A DNA stretch of 64,000 nt from Camelus ferus (Eukaryota): the NCBI RefSeq assembly GCF_009834535.1, contig NC_045696.1, positions 83,516,001 to 83,580,000 on the forward strand, read 5' to 3'. Position numbers and translations under genes: made by a program. Numbering within the stretch: position 1 is the stretch's first letter; each line of letters opens with the position of its first letter. The notes under the pieces are model-generated. The model was not told where the DNA came from. It saw only the letters and a list, made by a program, of their open reading frames with translations, and ran no database searches. Positions 48,546-62,079 of the stretch are shown here, piece after piece.

Positions 48546-49169
48546 GAGAAAAATGAACAGCTAAGTTCCATATTGAGATGCTTTTGCGAAGCTAAAGAGG
48601 GACAGTTTCCTTCCGTCTCAGCCCGTCATGTTCTCCGAGCAGACCGACGTCACGACTTACTGTTCGGGGCACCACAACTTGGGGAGTTTTAAAACATTAA
48701 GAGAGAATGATTTTAGGGGGAAAAAAGACTAGACAGAGCCAGTCTTAACTTCTAACCTGCAGGTTGTATTACCTTAGAAAATTTATGTCACCTCCCTGAA
48801 GCTGAGTTTCACCATCAGAAAACCAGGAGACTAATGGTGAGGGACTTAGCAAGGTGCCTGGCATATCCCAGACTCTGGCTAAACATGTGTACCTTTCCCC
48901 AAAAGCCACCGGAGCTTGCCTCTACTGTACCAGCTCCTGTAACTACCTCCCTCCTTCTTCAACTCTGAGCCCCCTGTGCACAGCACCTGCTTCTTCCTCA
49001 TCTTTGTGTTCTAGAGGCTCATGTTAGGGGTGATGCCCCACTGTTTAGGGATGAGTATGTCATCAACACTTGAACAGGGACAGAACAGCTATTTCCAAAA
49101 GAAATGGATACTTCACAAAGCAATACAGCAATATGATGACTATTAATATGACAGTATTAATTTTTTGTT

Positions 49170-49990
49170 TTTGTTAAACAAGTATTTGTTAGCAACTACT
49201 GCATGCTGGGTACTTTTCCAAGTGCTGGGGATACAGCAGTGAACAAAACAGACAGAATGCCCTGCCCTCATGAAGCTTACATCCTACAGCAGGAAATGGA
49301 CAATAAACAAGATAAGCAAAATACACAGTTTATGGATTGTTCTAAGTGCTATGGAAAACATGGAATAAGGAAGGGAGGAGGAGGAGGGTTAAGTTCTGGG
49401 GAAGCTGGAAGCTTTACTGAGGAAGTGACATTCGAGCAAAGACCTGAACAAGGTGAGGAAGTGAGCAGTGTGTGTCTCCATCTTGGGGAAAAGCATTCTA
49501 GGCAGAAAGAACAGCAAGTTCCAAAGCCCTGAGGCAAAATCTCTTGCAAGGTCCCGAGAGCGTGCCTAGAATCAGGGGAACACAAAAGAGATGAGTTCAG
49601 AGAGCCAGGCTGTGGGAACAGATGTTGCTGGATCACACAGGACCTCGTGGGCCACAGAGAAGACAATGGTTCTACTCTTAGAAAGGCGGAGCCTGTGGAG
49701 GGGTTTGAGTAGAGGACTGACATGATCTGACTTATATTTTAAAAGAATCACTCCCCAGACAGAGCGGAGAAAAGGGGCAAGGACTTAGAGGCAGCGGCCG
49801 GCTGGGAGACAGAATCAGTAACCCAGCCGGGATACGATAACCAGGATGACTACAGTGAAGGTGCAGGCGTGAGGAGTGGTCAAAGCGTGGATTTATTTTA
49901 AAGGTGAAGTTCCCAGGTTTGAGTACGAGGTGTAAATTAAACAGGAGTCAAGAACTTATGTCTAAGCACTTGGAAGGACAAAGAACTAAC
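49170..49990 (-). mobile_element. L2 (L2a-like) ~800-bp fragment
   Basis: aacaagtatttgtt...tgctggggatacagcagtgaacaaaacagac...gaggaagtgacattcgagcaaagacctgaa...gacatgatctgacttatattttaaaagaatcactc. Confidence 0.85.
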
Positions 49991-50589
49991 TTAAATGAAA
50001 CATGAGTTATGCAAGGTTCTAAAAATTAAAGTGTAGGTGGCAACTTCTGAAGAATAAAGGATGACTACTGGCCAGGATCTAAATGGGTAAAACACAGCAG
50101 TCACTATGGAGAAATGACCCTCTGACTGCAGCCTAAAAAGCATAAAAGATACAAAATGGAGTGTGTATTCAGTATAGTTTGAAGCCTCCACCTCCCTAAG
50201 AGAGTATGTAAGAAGATACTCAAGCTCAGTCGAGGACCAGAATCAAGGATGAGAGGAGGGCAACACAAGCAGTGGAGGCGTGAAGGGGTCGACTCCCAAT
50301 CAAAGAAATGGAAGCCCAGAGTTCCAGCCCTGTGGCTGCTGGATCCCCTTGTCCCTAGGGAGTAAGGGCAGAAAGAAGCAAAAAGGAAATGCAAAATGTT
50401 TTCATCCTTGGAAAGGTGACCAGTGAGTGACTCTAGATTTTAGAAGCAAAAAGGGTCTCGACTTGCTTTGATAAGATTCTCAGGGAATATGGTACCCCGC
50501 AATCCCCTCCAATCTCATATACCAACATACAGCATTCCAGAGGGAAGTAAAACTGGATATAATCAAATCATCAAAAGTCTCCATGAAGT

Positions 50590-50612
50590 GGTGTGTGTGT
50601 GTGTGTGTGTGT
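50590..50612. repeat. (TG)n microsatellite
   Basis: Direct read. Confidence 0.9.
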
Positions 50613-50882
50613 GCAGTTAATGTTTATTATAAGAAGTGAAAAAGGAAACTTTGAAAAGAGCTGTAATCACATAAAAAGTAACCTCCCCCTTCCTCAGCAT
50701 TTGTTTCTTTGACTCCATAGGAATGAGATAGTGGAGACACGCAGTAAATGTGAATGAATGAGTGAATGAAATGTTACACTCCACACTCCACAATTCATCC
50801 AACAAAGGTGTATGTTTCACTTTATTTAGAAACAATAGATGAAAACGATTCTATTCCTTCTTTCCCTACATGAAAGATACAT

Positions 50883-50884
<2 letters not shown>

Positions 50885-50913
<29 letters not shown>
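50885..50913. repeat. (CA)n microsatellite
   Basis: Direct read. Confidence 0.9.
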
Positions 50914-50915
<2 letters not shown>

Positions 50916-51154
50916 GTTGCAGTGTCTAGGGCCCTAAAATATACTAATTTTCAAAATATGATAATCCGGTTCCCATAGCAACCATAAACCAGTCTTTTGA
51001 AGGACACATAGTAATGATATTCTGGCTGGAAACAACCTCCACTGACCACTGAGAAAAATGAAACGATAGCCAAATCGTAACAAGCCAAGATGGCATTGTT
51101 TTAAAGATTCCAAGTTTCCTCTCTTTGACATCCTCAATGCTAAAGCAGGCAGGT

Positions 51155-51385
51155 GTCTGGCCGCACGCTAAGGCAATCTTGAATTCCGCGGAGCGCGCGG
51201 CGCGGAGGGGTGCAGCCCGGCCGCCCCCAGAGAGCCCCCCGCCACGCCGTGATTGCCTATCGACCCGCGTGAGCCCGCCCCCTGTCGGCACGGGGTGGGG
51301 GGGGGGGTCAGCGGTGAGTTTGCACCAGGCATTGGCCATATTCCTCGGGGCAATCCCATTTCCTAACAAACGCAGCGCGGTGCAT
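51155..51385. promoter_or_regulatory. Small CpG-island-like GC-rich element; candidate promoter or enhancer
   Basis: Roughly 25 CpGs (counted by eye) in ~230 bp in an otherwise CpG-depleted window. It has a GC box cccgcccc (~51274), a reverse CCAAT attgg (51331-51335) and GCGCGC runs. Confidence 0.6.
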
Positions 51386-52329
51386 TTTCACAGCATCCTT
51401 CATCTCTTTCACAATTTAAACGCACATCGGCAGAGCTATATTTCCACACAGTCTACTGCAAATAATTGCTAGAAAATCCTCGCACAAGGTTCAAGTCTCC
51501 CCTGATTTGCCCAGGAACAACTCTACGATGGAACGTGAGTGTCTTCCACTATGCTACCCCAAACAGAATATTGGAAACTTCAAACGTTTGTTAGTCTTCA
51601 CCAACTGGCAATAAGAATGAAATAGAGCATCTAGGGTTTGCTTTGGCCAGTCACAGACAATACTTCAGAATTCTTTATTGTTTGTTAAGCCTAGAATTTA
51701 CCCAGTTCACTGGGCTTAAAAGAGCATTCATCAAAGGAAAGTTAGAATTCAATCTAATTTTTTAAACACTCCCTTCTAAAATCCCTTGACACAAATTCAT
51801 TGAGTTCTCTCCGGTGATGCATCGTCTGTATCGCTCCATTGGCTTTCCAGCTGCTGTCCTCTGGCTCTGTCCTCTAAAATACATCCCTCTGAAATCAGTA
51901 CATTTCCATTACACCAAATGAGTCATCTTTCCAGGAATTTCCAAGGAATTGTTCAGCCGAGCATCTCGTGTCTTTTAGCAAAAAGTCTTTTTCCAGCACT
52001 CCTTTCTCCATCCACATTTCCACCATAATGGTCTCATCAGCAGGTAACCTCCCACAGACCATCCTGATTCTAGTTTCTCCCTTGCTCTCCCTGCACCCTA
52101 ATCCAACCTCCTTATGATTCTCAGTCATTTCCCTCAAATCCCATTTTCATGTCCACACTCTGAGGATGCAGCCTCCCAGGGCATCCTCCTCCCACTTCTG
52201 CCCTTGGTCAGCAGGAGATGGAAGATCAGAGTTATTGCTGCCCAACCGCACTCAACTAGTCGGAGAAAGAGAATTTTCATATGTTGCCTAACCCAACTTC
52301 TCTCAGGTCCTGGAAAGTGCCAGACCCTC

Positions 52330-52685
52330 TCCTAACTCCACAGTGTCCACACAAGCTGCTTCCTCTACCTAGAAAGCTCTTCCCCCTGCTCCCTCCACCT
52401 GCCTAATACCAACCTAGCTTCCAGCTCAGTCTTGCCATCACTTCCTCAGGAAGATGCCCTGACCTCTCTGCACAGAGCTGTGGCCTTTACTCTCCCTGCG
52501 GGTGCCTGATTGCTTGTTTAATTGCTGGTCTCCCTCACTGGAATGCAAGCCAGCTCTTTGGGCCAGGCACTCCATCTCTCGTGAGCCGACTGTAATTCCA
52601 GCCCATAGCATATTGTCTGAACACAGTAGGTGCTCAATGAATAGTTCTGAAGGAATAAATGAATGAATGAATGAATGAGTGAAAC
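52330..52685 (+). mobile_element. L2 3' end
   Basis: catcacttcctcaggaagatgccctgacc...cacagtaggtgctcaatgaata...gaatgaatgaatgaatga. Confidence 0.8.
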
Positions 52686-52989
52686 AAATAAGTTTTCTAT
52701 TTCTAGCTTCACATTCTTTCCAATACACTGTTCTGCCTTTGAAAACAAAAGTACTCAAATGAAAGGTGTTACTGGTGGTCACATAGGGAGTAGCTTGGTC
52801 AGCATGACTACAGAGTAGCCAAGCCAACGTGGAGGGGGTTTCTCACATTCAGGAGGCTCCCTGCACGGTGCTCTGATTTACCGCAGAAACTACTACAGTG
52901 ATCTCATATACTGCAGGTCAACACCATGCCTTACCACTCACACAGGGCTCCTCCCACCCCCAAGCAGAGTAAAAGTAAAATCTAAGTAG

Positions 52990-53215
52990 AGTAAAGCTAA
53001 ATCTATTGAACTTTACTACAAGCCGGCTCTACTACATATACTTTAATAGATTAACTCATTTTATGGTTCACAACAATCTCATGACTGAAATATGTGTCAT
53101 CTTCTTATTATGGATTAGGAAATTGAAGGAAAGAATAGGGAACCTGCCCTAGTAACTGGTGGAACTAGAATTTGAACCCAGACAGCAGAGCTCAGGCCCT
53201 TAACTTCTATTCTAT
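52990..53215 (-). mobile_element. MIR SINE
   Basis: tattgaactttactacaagcc...ttaactcattt...gaatttgaacccagacag. Confidence 0.7.
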
Positions 53216-53339
53216 GTTGATCCTCTCAAGGAAGGTGGTCCTCAAAAAGCCCTCTGAATCGACAGATACTTCCTGGAGTGATCCTACCCCCTTGCCTAGT
53301 TTCATACTTGTATTCCCAGACAACCTCAAATCTATTGCT

Positions 53340-54190
53340 TCTAGTCCACTGCTTTCTCTTATGTCAAGGTGCACACATCCACCTGCCTGCTGGACAAATA
53401 CCAAACAAACTCACCATCTTTGACCTGGCCTCTCAATCTTCTCCCTTCTGTGCATTCTTCACTTGCAGGAGACACCCACCGTGTACCCACTCACTTAACC
53501 TGGAGATGATGGCATCATCCCTTTTTCCACCCACTCCCCTGCCTCCCACATCCAACAGCCAGCAAGTTCATCAGTTCAACTACTTTCTCCCCAGCAACTC
53601 TGCTCTGATCCTGATCATTTCTTATCACAACTGAGAGCCTCTTCATACAGCTCCCAGAGTGATTTCCCAGAACCACAGCTGTTCTCCTCAAGACTCCACT
53701 GACAACATTTCCTACAACTTCTCATTGCTTCAGGATAAAATTCCAACTCCTCAGCATGGCACACGATGCCTCCTTGAGAGGCCTTGGGCGTTTCTCAAGC
53801 CTTGTTCCACCTTATATCCTAAATTCCCTGACCCTAAACACAGCATGCTTGCTCTCTCATCTCCCAAATCTTTTAGACATGCGGTCCCTCTACTTGAACA
53901 TACTTCATCACCCTCCTTCCTTCACCCCAGTAACCAACCTTCTCACTCTCAATCCACTTCTCCATGCAGGTATCTCTGTGCCCAAAGAACCTTTCCCAAG
54001 TGCTCCAGTAGCCCCGTATGCTCACCTCTCTCCCTGTACCTATCACACTGAATGGTAATCATCTTTTTATTTGTTTTTTTCATTATTAGACTGGACTTCT
54101 CTGGGTACAAGGAGCACATCCTGTGCCTCTCTGCATTAAATAAGCATCTAACATGGGACCCACACCAAGTAGGTGCTCAGTAAGTCTCTG
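53340..54190 (+). mobile_element. L2 fragment
   Basis: ctcattgcttcaggataaaattccaactcctcagcatggcacac...gtaggtgctcagtaag. Confidence 0.7.
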
Positions 54191-55304
54191 TCAAGCGAAA
54201 TAGCCAATGGAAACACAGCTTTTGAAAGCGGTGCTGCCCCTCCCCCTGAATTAAGTAGGCTGATGGATACAAAGCTAACTGCATTTCAAGTGAAAGAAGC
54301 AGATGGCTTTAAATCACATCAGCTCCAGCCAGGGAATATATGCTCTTCCTTTCAAAACACTCTTAAATTATCACCCTCATTATTGATCCTTTTTTCTTTA
54401 CCCCACCCCACAAAAAAAAAGGTTACTTTCAAAGGTTTAATCTAAACATAGAGAACAATGAGAGCTCTGCGGCATGAAGATAACGACAGTACATCAGTGC
54501 CTCACTGATACAGCATAATTAGGAAATGAATTGATTCATATGAAATAATTTTCTGGATTAATATGCATTTTCCTTAAAGCATCAAATAAATATTTCAGGG
54601 TTTTTTTTTTTATCCTTTCTGGAAGAAAAATCCATATTTTGATTTTATAATCAAAGGGCATTTAAAAATATGCTCAAAGGACAGAAAGGGAAGACAATTT
54701 TAAAAAGTAAGGCATGGTCCCATTTTTTAAAACATAAACATACATATTTACATTTAGATTTAGATTTGTATTTATATCGTGTAACTCCTCCAAAATGTTA
54801 ACCGGGAATATCTCTGGTTGTGAGATTAGGCGAGGCATTTATTTTGTTATCTTATCTCTATATTCTAATCTTTCCACAATAAAATGTATAAATTACATAA
54901 TAAAATTATAAGATTTGTGAAAAGGAAAAAAATTAGGACTATATTGAAATTAACATTTTATTGACAAGACAAATCTACCATCATCGAGTTCCATATTTAC
55001 TCATTGATAAACTTAATAAAGTGAACAAGATACCTTATCTAACTCACCCAGAATAGAATACTTTCAGAGATCTTGGGAATATATTCTAGTTTTTTTTCAG
55101 CTCCTCTCACTATTAGTCTACAGTCTTTTTTGGCTATCAACTTCTGCTTCTAGAAGTCTCCTTTTCCTTTTTCCAAATACATTATTTGCAAATCTGCCAA
55201 AGTCATTTAAAAAATAAAGTGATCCTTTCTTGGGAACTTGAAGTGTAAAATCTAGCATTTTCTGAACAGAGGCGTTGTAACATCTGTTTGCACTTTTTAT
55301 TTAC

Positions 55305-55530
55305 TGTAATAGTTAAGCGTATGTTTAAGCTTTGGAATGCAGTTTAGCTTCTAGCTCCAGAGTGACCAGTGTGACTTGGACAAGCCACTCAACTTTTCTG
55401 AGCCTCAGCATTCTCATCTGTAGCTAGGGAGAGCAACACAACTGCATATGTTTGTTGTGAAGATTAAATGAGATAATGAGGGTTTAAAACAATAACAAGT
55501 ACCCAATAAGGATTAGCTGTTGTTATTTAC
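55305..55530 (+). mobile_element. MIR SINE
   Basis: gtgtgacttggacaagccactcaacttttctgagcctcag...gttgtgaagattaaatgagataatg. Confidence 0.85.
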
Positions 55531-56169
55531 GTTACTACCAGTATTTACTTTCTGATTCTCAGTTGTTTCCCAGGTAGACAGGCTGCCAGAAAATTGAGTT
55601 CTAGGTAAGCAAAATATTTCTACATGTAATCAGCTGGTTACAGTAGCAAGAGTCACCTAAAAACTAAGTCAGGTTAATCTCATCTTTTGCAGAGGAAAAA
55701 AAGGTGATAAATTTGTTAAAGTATTTAGTAATTCACAGCACAAATAACATCTAGTAAATTAAATGCAAGACTGCAACGCTGAGTCACTATTGGTCCCAAG
55801 AAGCAATGTTTAGGCCTACTTGTTCCTGAATGTGCCTATGTCAGTTCACTGGAAGCCAGACCACAAGACTGAAGCCCATGTGGTAAAGCTATCTTCTCCC
55901 CTGCTCTGGGAGGCTCCCAGAGCCTTTAAATAGAGGACACTGCCTGTACCTTTTTTTTTTTTTTTTTTAACCATCACTGGAATAACTAATAGCAACCCAG
56001 ATAGAGCGTACACAATGACATGTTCCTAATGAAATACAAATGAACCATAACAGTTCTTATCAGAAAAAGTTTGGGGGGCACTGGTGGCCTCTACAGTAGA
56101 CTTACAAAGTTGCCTTCAATGGCTCTGGTCAGTAATATATGTCAAGTCACTAAATTATTTCAGAAGCAA

Positions 56170-56562
56170 ATAGAATTTTTCAAGTATCTTTCCTAAGAAA
56201 AAAGTAATAGATGTTCATTACAGAAAAGTTGGCAAAAACTGAGAACTGTAGACGAGAGGATAAAAATTATCCATAATTCACCCCCAAGAGATAAACACTA
56301 TTAAACCATTCTGATGCATTGCCCTCCTTTTGTGCTTATTGTCTTTACATTTGTACATTTATATATAAAATCATGCTGTTACAGACATTTGTATCCTGCT
56401 TCTTTTTTGACATATTATAATATAAGCATTTTATAGAGCATTAAAATTCTTTGTAAACATCGTTTTTAATAGCTGCATAAATGTTCCATCGTAAGGAAAT
56501 ACCATAATTTACCTTACTATTTCCTCACTGTTGGACATTTAGGCTGTTTCCCATTTTTCTGC
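56170..56562 (-). mobile_element. Old L1 (L1ME-type) 3' fragment
   Basis: ccataattcacccccaagagataaacacta...ctgttggacatttaggctgtttcccatttt. Confidence 0.75.
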
Positions 56563-58376
56563 TAACACACAGAAATTTTAAAGATGGTTTTCAAGAGAAA
56601 ACAAGTTTTATTTCGTAGGCAAATAAAGTACACAGTGAAACAGACAGTGATGATATGTTCATGTAATAGATTCACTGCTAGCCTCAGGTTCAATCAGAAG
56701 AGGCATTTATCTTTCCTTCAAGCAATAATTCATTTTAATTCAGACCTTCCATTCCAAGCTGCTTCCTCACAAACATGTTTGCCATCTCACACAACTGCAA
56801 AGAATCAGCCGTAAAGCTCACTTCTTTGACAGGTGGCATTTAATTTGTCTGTAGGTCAAAAGCCCTACTATCTCTGGTTGCCACACTGAACAGAGGCAGG
56901 AAACCTCACTTACAATCCTGCCCATGTGTAACCCTCCTCCTTTGTGAGGCTATTTACCTCTTCTTCACGTTCAATTTTTGGCTAGTCTGTCAGATGTAAA
57001 AGTGCCTTCCTTGGGCTTCTAGGGTCCCTTAGAATTAACTTTACTTCCAGGAACTTAGGCTCTCCTGAAGTACCTATCTCCATGGGGACCAGAACTCGCT
57101 ACCAAGGGACTCCACCCCACCTTAAGAGGACCCCTGTTTTCTTCCCAACGGGCCTCTCTCCTGCCTATGCTTGAAAGTCACGCCAGAAACACAACTGCCC
57201 CACCTACGCTACCAGATGAAGAGCTGAGACCCCGAGATAATTAAAGTAGTCACAGCAAGAAGCAAAGCCTTGGGGGGGGGGCATTAATAATGCAACACGT
57301 GGCCATGCAGATGCCATGTACAAAAGAGAGTATCATAAGCATATTTAACAGGAAATGCCAGGACTACAGCAAAGTGAGTTAGGCTTTTCGGTTGACTCTC
57401 CTTGGAAACTAATAGCCAGAGTCTATCACAAATGCACTCTAAAAAATAAAACAGCTTGTTGGAGTCAAAATAAGGACTTCACAAAACAAAATACATTTCA
57501 GAAAAAGTGAAATAGGCAAGTCTATGAGACAGAGGAGAGTGAAAGACTTCAAAGTCTACTTCTATTAATATTGAATCTGGTACGAGGGCGTCCAGCAGAC
57601 TGAGCCTAACCAGACCACCTTAGCCTTCAAAAGACCAGTTTACCCCCTGGAATTAGACATCATAAAAAGCAACCAAGAGTGGGACCAAAGAGGTTTTACC
57701 CTTACTGCACAGAGAATGAAACTGGAATGAATACAATACCTAAATTGTAGAAATGGGTAATTTTTTCTGCCTTATCGCTAACCTGAAATAATGATTTCTC
57801 AATATTAGAGGCATAGTATAATTGCACAGTGTTTGTTGTGCAGATGAAATAAAATGAAATGGTATAAAAAGCCCTTGCTACGTTGTCTGGCATGGAGATC
57901 CTGTTCGGTGGGTATCACTGACTCTGTTTCTTTCATAGAGAAGCAACAGGCTTAAAAGAAAGACAACAGAACTTCTTCTCATGCATTCCCCTTAAGGAAT
58001 TATCTAATCTCTATTTTCTGATTACTAAAATGGGAATTTTTTTCAATGACAAAACCTAACTTTTTTTTCCCACTTTGGACAAGGTATGTTATAAAATGTG
58101 TTATAAAATGTTGGGATTTCAGGTAAAAAAAAAAAATCCATTAATATTACGATAAAGCCCTCTTTTAATTTTGGAGAACACAAGAAGCTGAACCTTGGCT
58201 GCTTTACACCAACCAACATCCAGAATGTAAACAAACAAAATAGGTGGGCTTGCTTAAACATCTTTGCTTAAAAGCAACTCCTCATTTTATAAAAGAATTG
58301 TCCAAATAAGCAAACTTCTAAAAATTTAAATTACCCTGTGAAAATCGGTGTGTTCTTCAAATATCATATTTACAAA

Positions 58377-58700
58377 TACAGGTTAGAAGTATTTAAATTG
58401 TTTGGGGCCAAACTGCTTCGGAGTTCAAAATTCTTCAGACCTAGAAAGGCAATATGGTACATATGTGCCTAAAAGCATCTGGAAGTCACACCCTAACCAA
58501 ACACATTAATATTTCTTCAAAGAAACTTATAGATTTTCATACTGAATTAAAATATCTCTAATTAGACTCACATCAGCTCAGTGTAGGTTTTGCCACAAAA
58601 TTAGTTTTTGACAAATAACAACAACAACAAAAAAGTACCTGCTGGCATTTAGAGCTTTTCTGGATTTCAAAATTACGTGTAAGAAATTATGAAACTATTT
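58377..58700. mobile_element. MER46C-like TcMar-Tigger element
   Basis: ttggggccaaa...tagaaaggcaatatggtacatat...aaacacattaatattt...aggttttgccac...agagcttttctggatttc. Confidence 0.65.
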
Positions 58701-61700
58701 TTGACTTGAACACACACTGTCAGGTAAACCAGTCTACTATGCAAATTTAAGATGGGTCAATAATTAAAGGCACAAAAAGGGCAGCTCGTGTGCTGATACC
58801 ATGTAGACAAAATGCTATTGGAAATAGAAATAACATTTATGAAAATTACAAGACAAAAGAGAGTTGGTGAATCTGAGTATACACACCTCCTAAAACAGAA
58901 GGATTTCAAGAAGGTCTAGTGCAGATTTGGCCTTTAAAGACACCGTTTTGGCATAAGATTCCTTAAAATCTACTCTGATCATTATTGACTACCACTGACC
59001 AAAATCTTCTGGCAGTGAGTCCAAAACCATTTTTCAAAAGCAAAATAGAAAACTGAACATACAGTGTGGGCAAAGTCCATAGGAGACACTTCCAGAAACT
59101 GACAACCACACAGTTCACCTCATTCTTCAGGTTTATAAACACACACAAGTCACATGGTAGAAAGGATAAGTGAACACATGCTTCCAGTTATCACTGTTGT
59201 TGAATAATGTGTATCCTAATATCACTACCAAATCCCAGGATGAAGAATAGATCCTTAGCACCCCAAGGAGCAATTTACAGTGAGATGATCTTGGATCTTC
59301 ATGGTTTTTAATGCACCTTGATGGTGTAGGGGATCATTTTGGTGTCCGTCTTTATATGTCTCCATCTCAGTTTCCCTTAGAAAATCAAATATTTTATCTC
59401 TAAAAGCAAATGAGAGTATTTCATTATTATCAACCAGAAACATTCTTCAGGGAAAAATGATCTTTAACTATATCTTATCAGGGAGGACTTAACACTGACT
59501 AAAGTCAAACAGAAAAAACGTCTTGGGCAGACATTTCCCTACATTTAAATTGCCAATGTTAAATAATTATATATAACAAGTCACATTAGGGACGTATTTT
59601 AAAGCTGGTTAATCCTTGAAGCACATGCATCTCTTGAAACATTTGTCTTAACAGACAAATGAGAAACTAGAGACCAGAGAGGTGACAGTCTTATCCAGCT
59701 AATGTGTAGCACAGCCAGGACAAGAAGTCCCAGTGCTTATAAATAACATGTTTGGGGTACATTCTTTTATCTGTGGGGGCAATAGGGGGCTGCAGAAACA
59801 TGGGTTGAAGGTAGATTATCAGTGACTAGTTTAAATTCGACGAACAATTATTGGGCGTATGCTTTGCCCTCAATGAAATGAAAATCTAGCTGTAGAATTA
59901 ATGTGGACACTTAATTAAAAATGGACAGAAAATGTTCAACAGGACTTCAGGAGACCCTAGGATTCAGATGAGGGAGAAACGGGGAGAGTTTTCTGGTGGG
60001 GTGGAAATGTGGCAACGCAAGAACCTACAGGGAGCACACAGCCACTGCAAAGAACCTTTCAGTTGTCCAGTGAGCCACAAATATATTTAGAGCCTGTACA
60101 ACCATCACTAGGGTCATTAGAATATAAACTCCCCGATCGCTTAAATTTTAACGAACCTGAGCCCTTTTAAAGGTGGCACTGAAAGCAACTTCAGCAGTGC
60201 AACAATTAAAATGTTAACGGGGTTTCTACTGCAAATAGATTTATGGAAGGAGAATGCTGACTGAGTTGTTTCCTGGTCCCAACTTGTTACTGTCAGTTGA
60301 ATTCAAGCAAGATGTGCTTTACAAGAGATGCGAGGCATACCTTCTAATGGCCGCTGCCTATTGTGTTTCTTATTTCAAAATTCATTTCAGTATTGCATAT
60401 CACATGCCTAAAGCGCAATACAAATTCTATTCTGTTATCACATAATTGGCCAGTGTGTATTGCTGTGTCTTGAGTTTCTACTTGTTTTATTTTACATGGG
60501 GTATTTCAGTCCACTGAAAGGAAACCCTGTTCATTTTTGCTCATCCCAATACAGAGAGAGTTCAAAAGTTCAGAAGATAAGAAGTGGTTCTCAGCATGAG
60601 AAAACCGTGAAAGGCATTAGAAAATAAATTTTTGATGTCAAGATACATTCCCAGTTTATTCATGCTAAGAACAGTTTCCTTATCTTTGGGACTCTGTAAG
60701 CTGGAATAGTCAAAATTTGTTTAAACTCCACGATAAATAAAGAATCAATTGAATTGGACTATTCTTCTATTATCACATAATTCTGTCTGTAAATCAAACT
60801 CTTTATAGTGTAACAAAAATCTAAAAGTACTGCAAATGAAGATTAGTACTTTGAGATCCAGAAAAGAAAAATTCAAAATCAGGTTGCCTTTCTCCTGATC
60901 CTTATCCACTAGACTAGACTCTGAAAATAGTTTTCTTAGTAATTCAGAGAAACCAAGCCTCAAGTCTCCTGGGATTACCTCCTCCCTCAAGAGTAAAAAC
61001 CACTAAAGCTCAGAATTACTGTCAATTCTTAATTAACCATATCAGTGAGGAAGAACACTTAACATCACTGAAAACTGTCCACTGAAGAGTGACAGAAAAC
61101 ATTTCCCAGATCACGAGTCGACAAGCCACATAATTTATATACCAGGAGCTGACTTTTCAAACAGTTGGCTGGAAAAGCCTTTACTTATTCCAGACATGTC
61201 CTCATCATTATCACATGGTTATCAAACAGATTTGTTTAAAGAAACTAGAGATCTTCACATACCTATGACAAATGCAAATGTCACTTCAGGTTGCTGAGAC
61301 AGACATACATTCAATTCATCCTATCTGAGGGACCTGGGACTATCTGTGAAATAGATGACTTTTGTGCTGGGTCATTGAGATTAGCCTGGAAGAGATGAAG
61401 GAGGCAGGAAGTTCACTGAGAGTAAAGGAAAATATAGCGTGCATCTGGGGGTCCCTGGGGTACCCTGGTGAGGACAGAGCAGCAAGTGCATGGGGGCACT
61501 GATGGCAATACCATCCACCCACAGTGTGTATCACCCCCGGAAGATACTCTGCCCTTCCAACAACCTCTAAGGCCTTACCGTGCTCTGTTCCCTCCCTGGA
61601 ATGAACGCTCTTCTGCTCCGAATCCTACCTCACCTTCCTATGCCACCACTTCCATGAAGCTTTCCAAGATTTCCTCTCGTGAATTTGGTTTCCCCTTCCT

Positions 61701-62079
61701 TACAGTAATATTTTGGTCTAAGTCCTTTCTGGCACTTAACTATCCTACAACAAAGAACACAGTTTTAGAAGTTCCTTAGGGGTGAAGACTTTATCTGACC
61801 CATCTTTACAATCTCTGCAGAATCAAGGAAACTGCCTTGGGTGTTATGAGTTGATCTTAAATTGTGTCCCATTTGTAATTAGCTCTGCTGGAGTAGGACA
61901 GCAGGAAGTCCTTTCTCCTGTCATTTCCCGCAATGGGAATAATGAGACTGAGAATGATGGTGGATACAGAGTAAATGTTTCGTCAGGCAAGAACGCAGAC
62001 TCTCCAGGAGTTTCCACTTCTTGTCACCATGACCAAAGTGATGGCTGCCAGAGTTAAGTGCTTGACTGAAACACAGTTC

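Noticed and set aside
50944..51472. Overlapping GC-rich ORFs (141, 115 and 63 aa)
   Set aside because: These are stop-poor frames expected from high GC content, with no recognisable domain.
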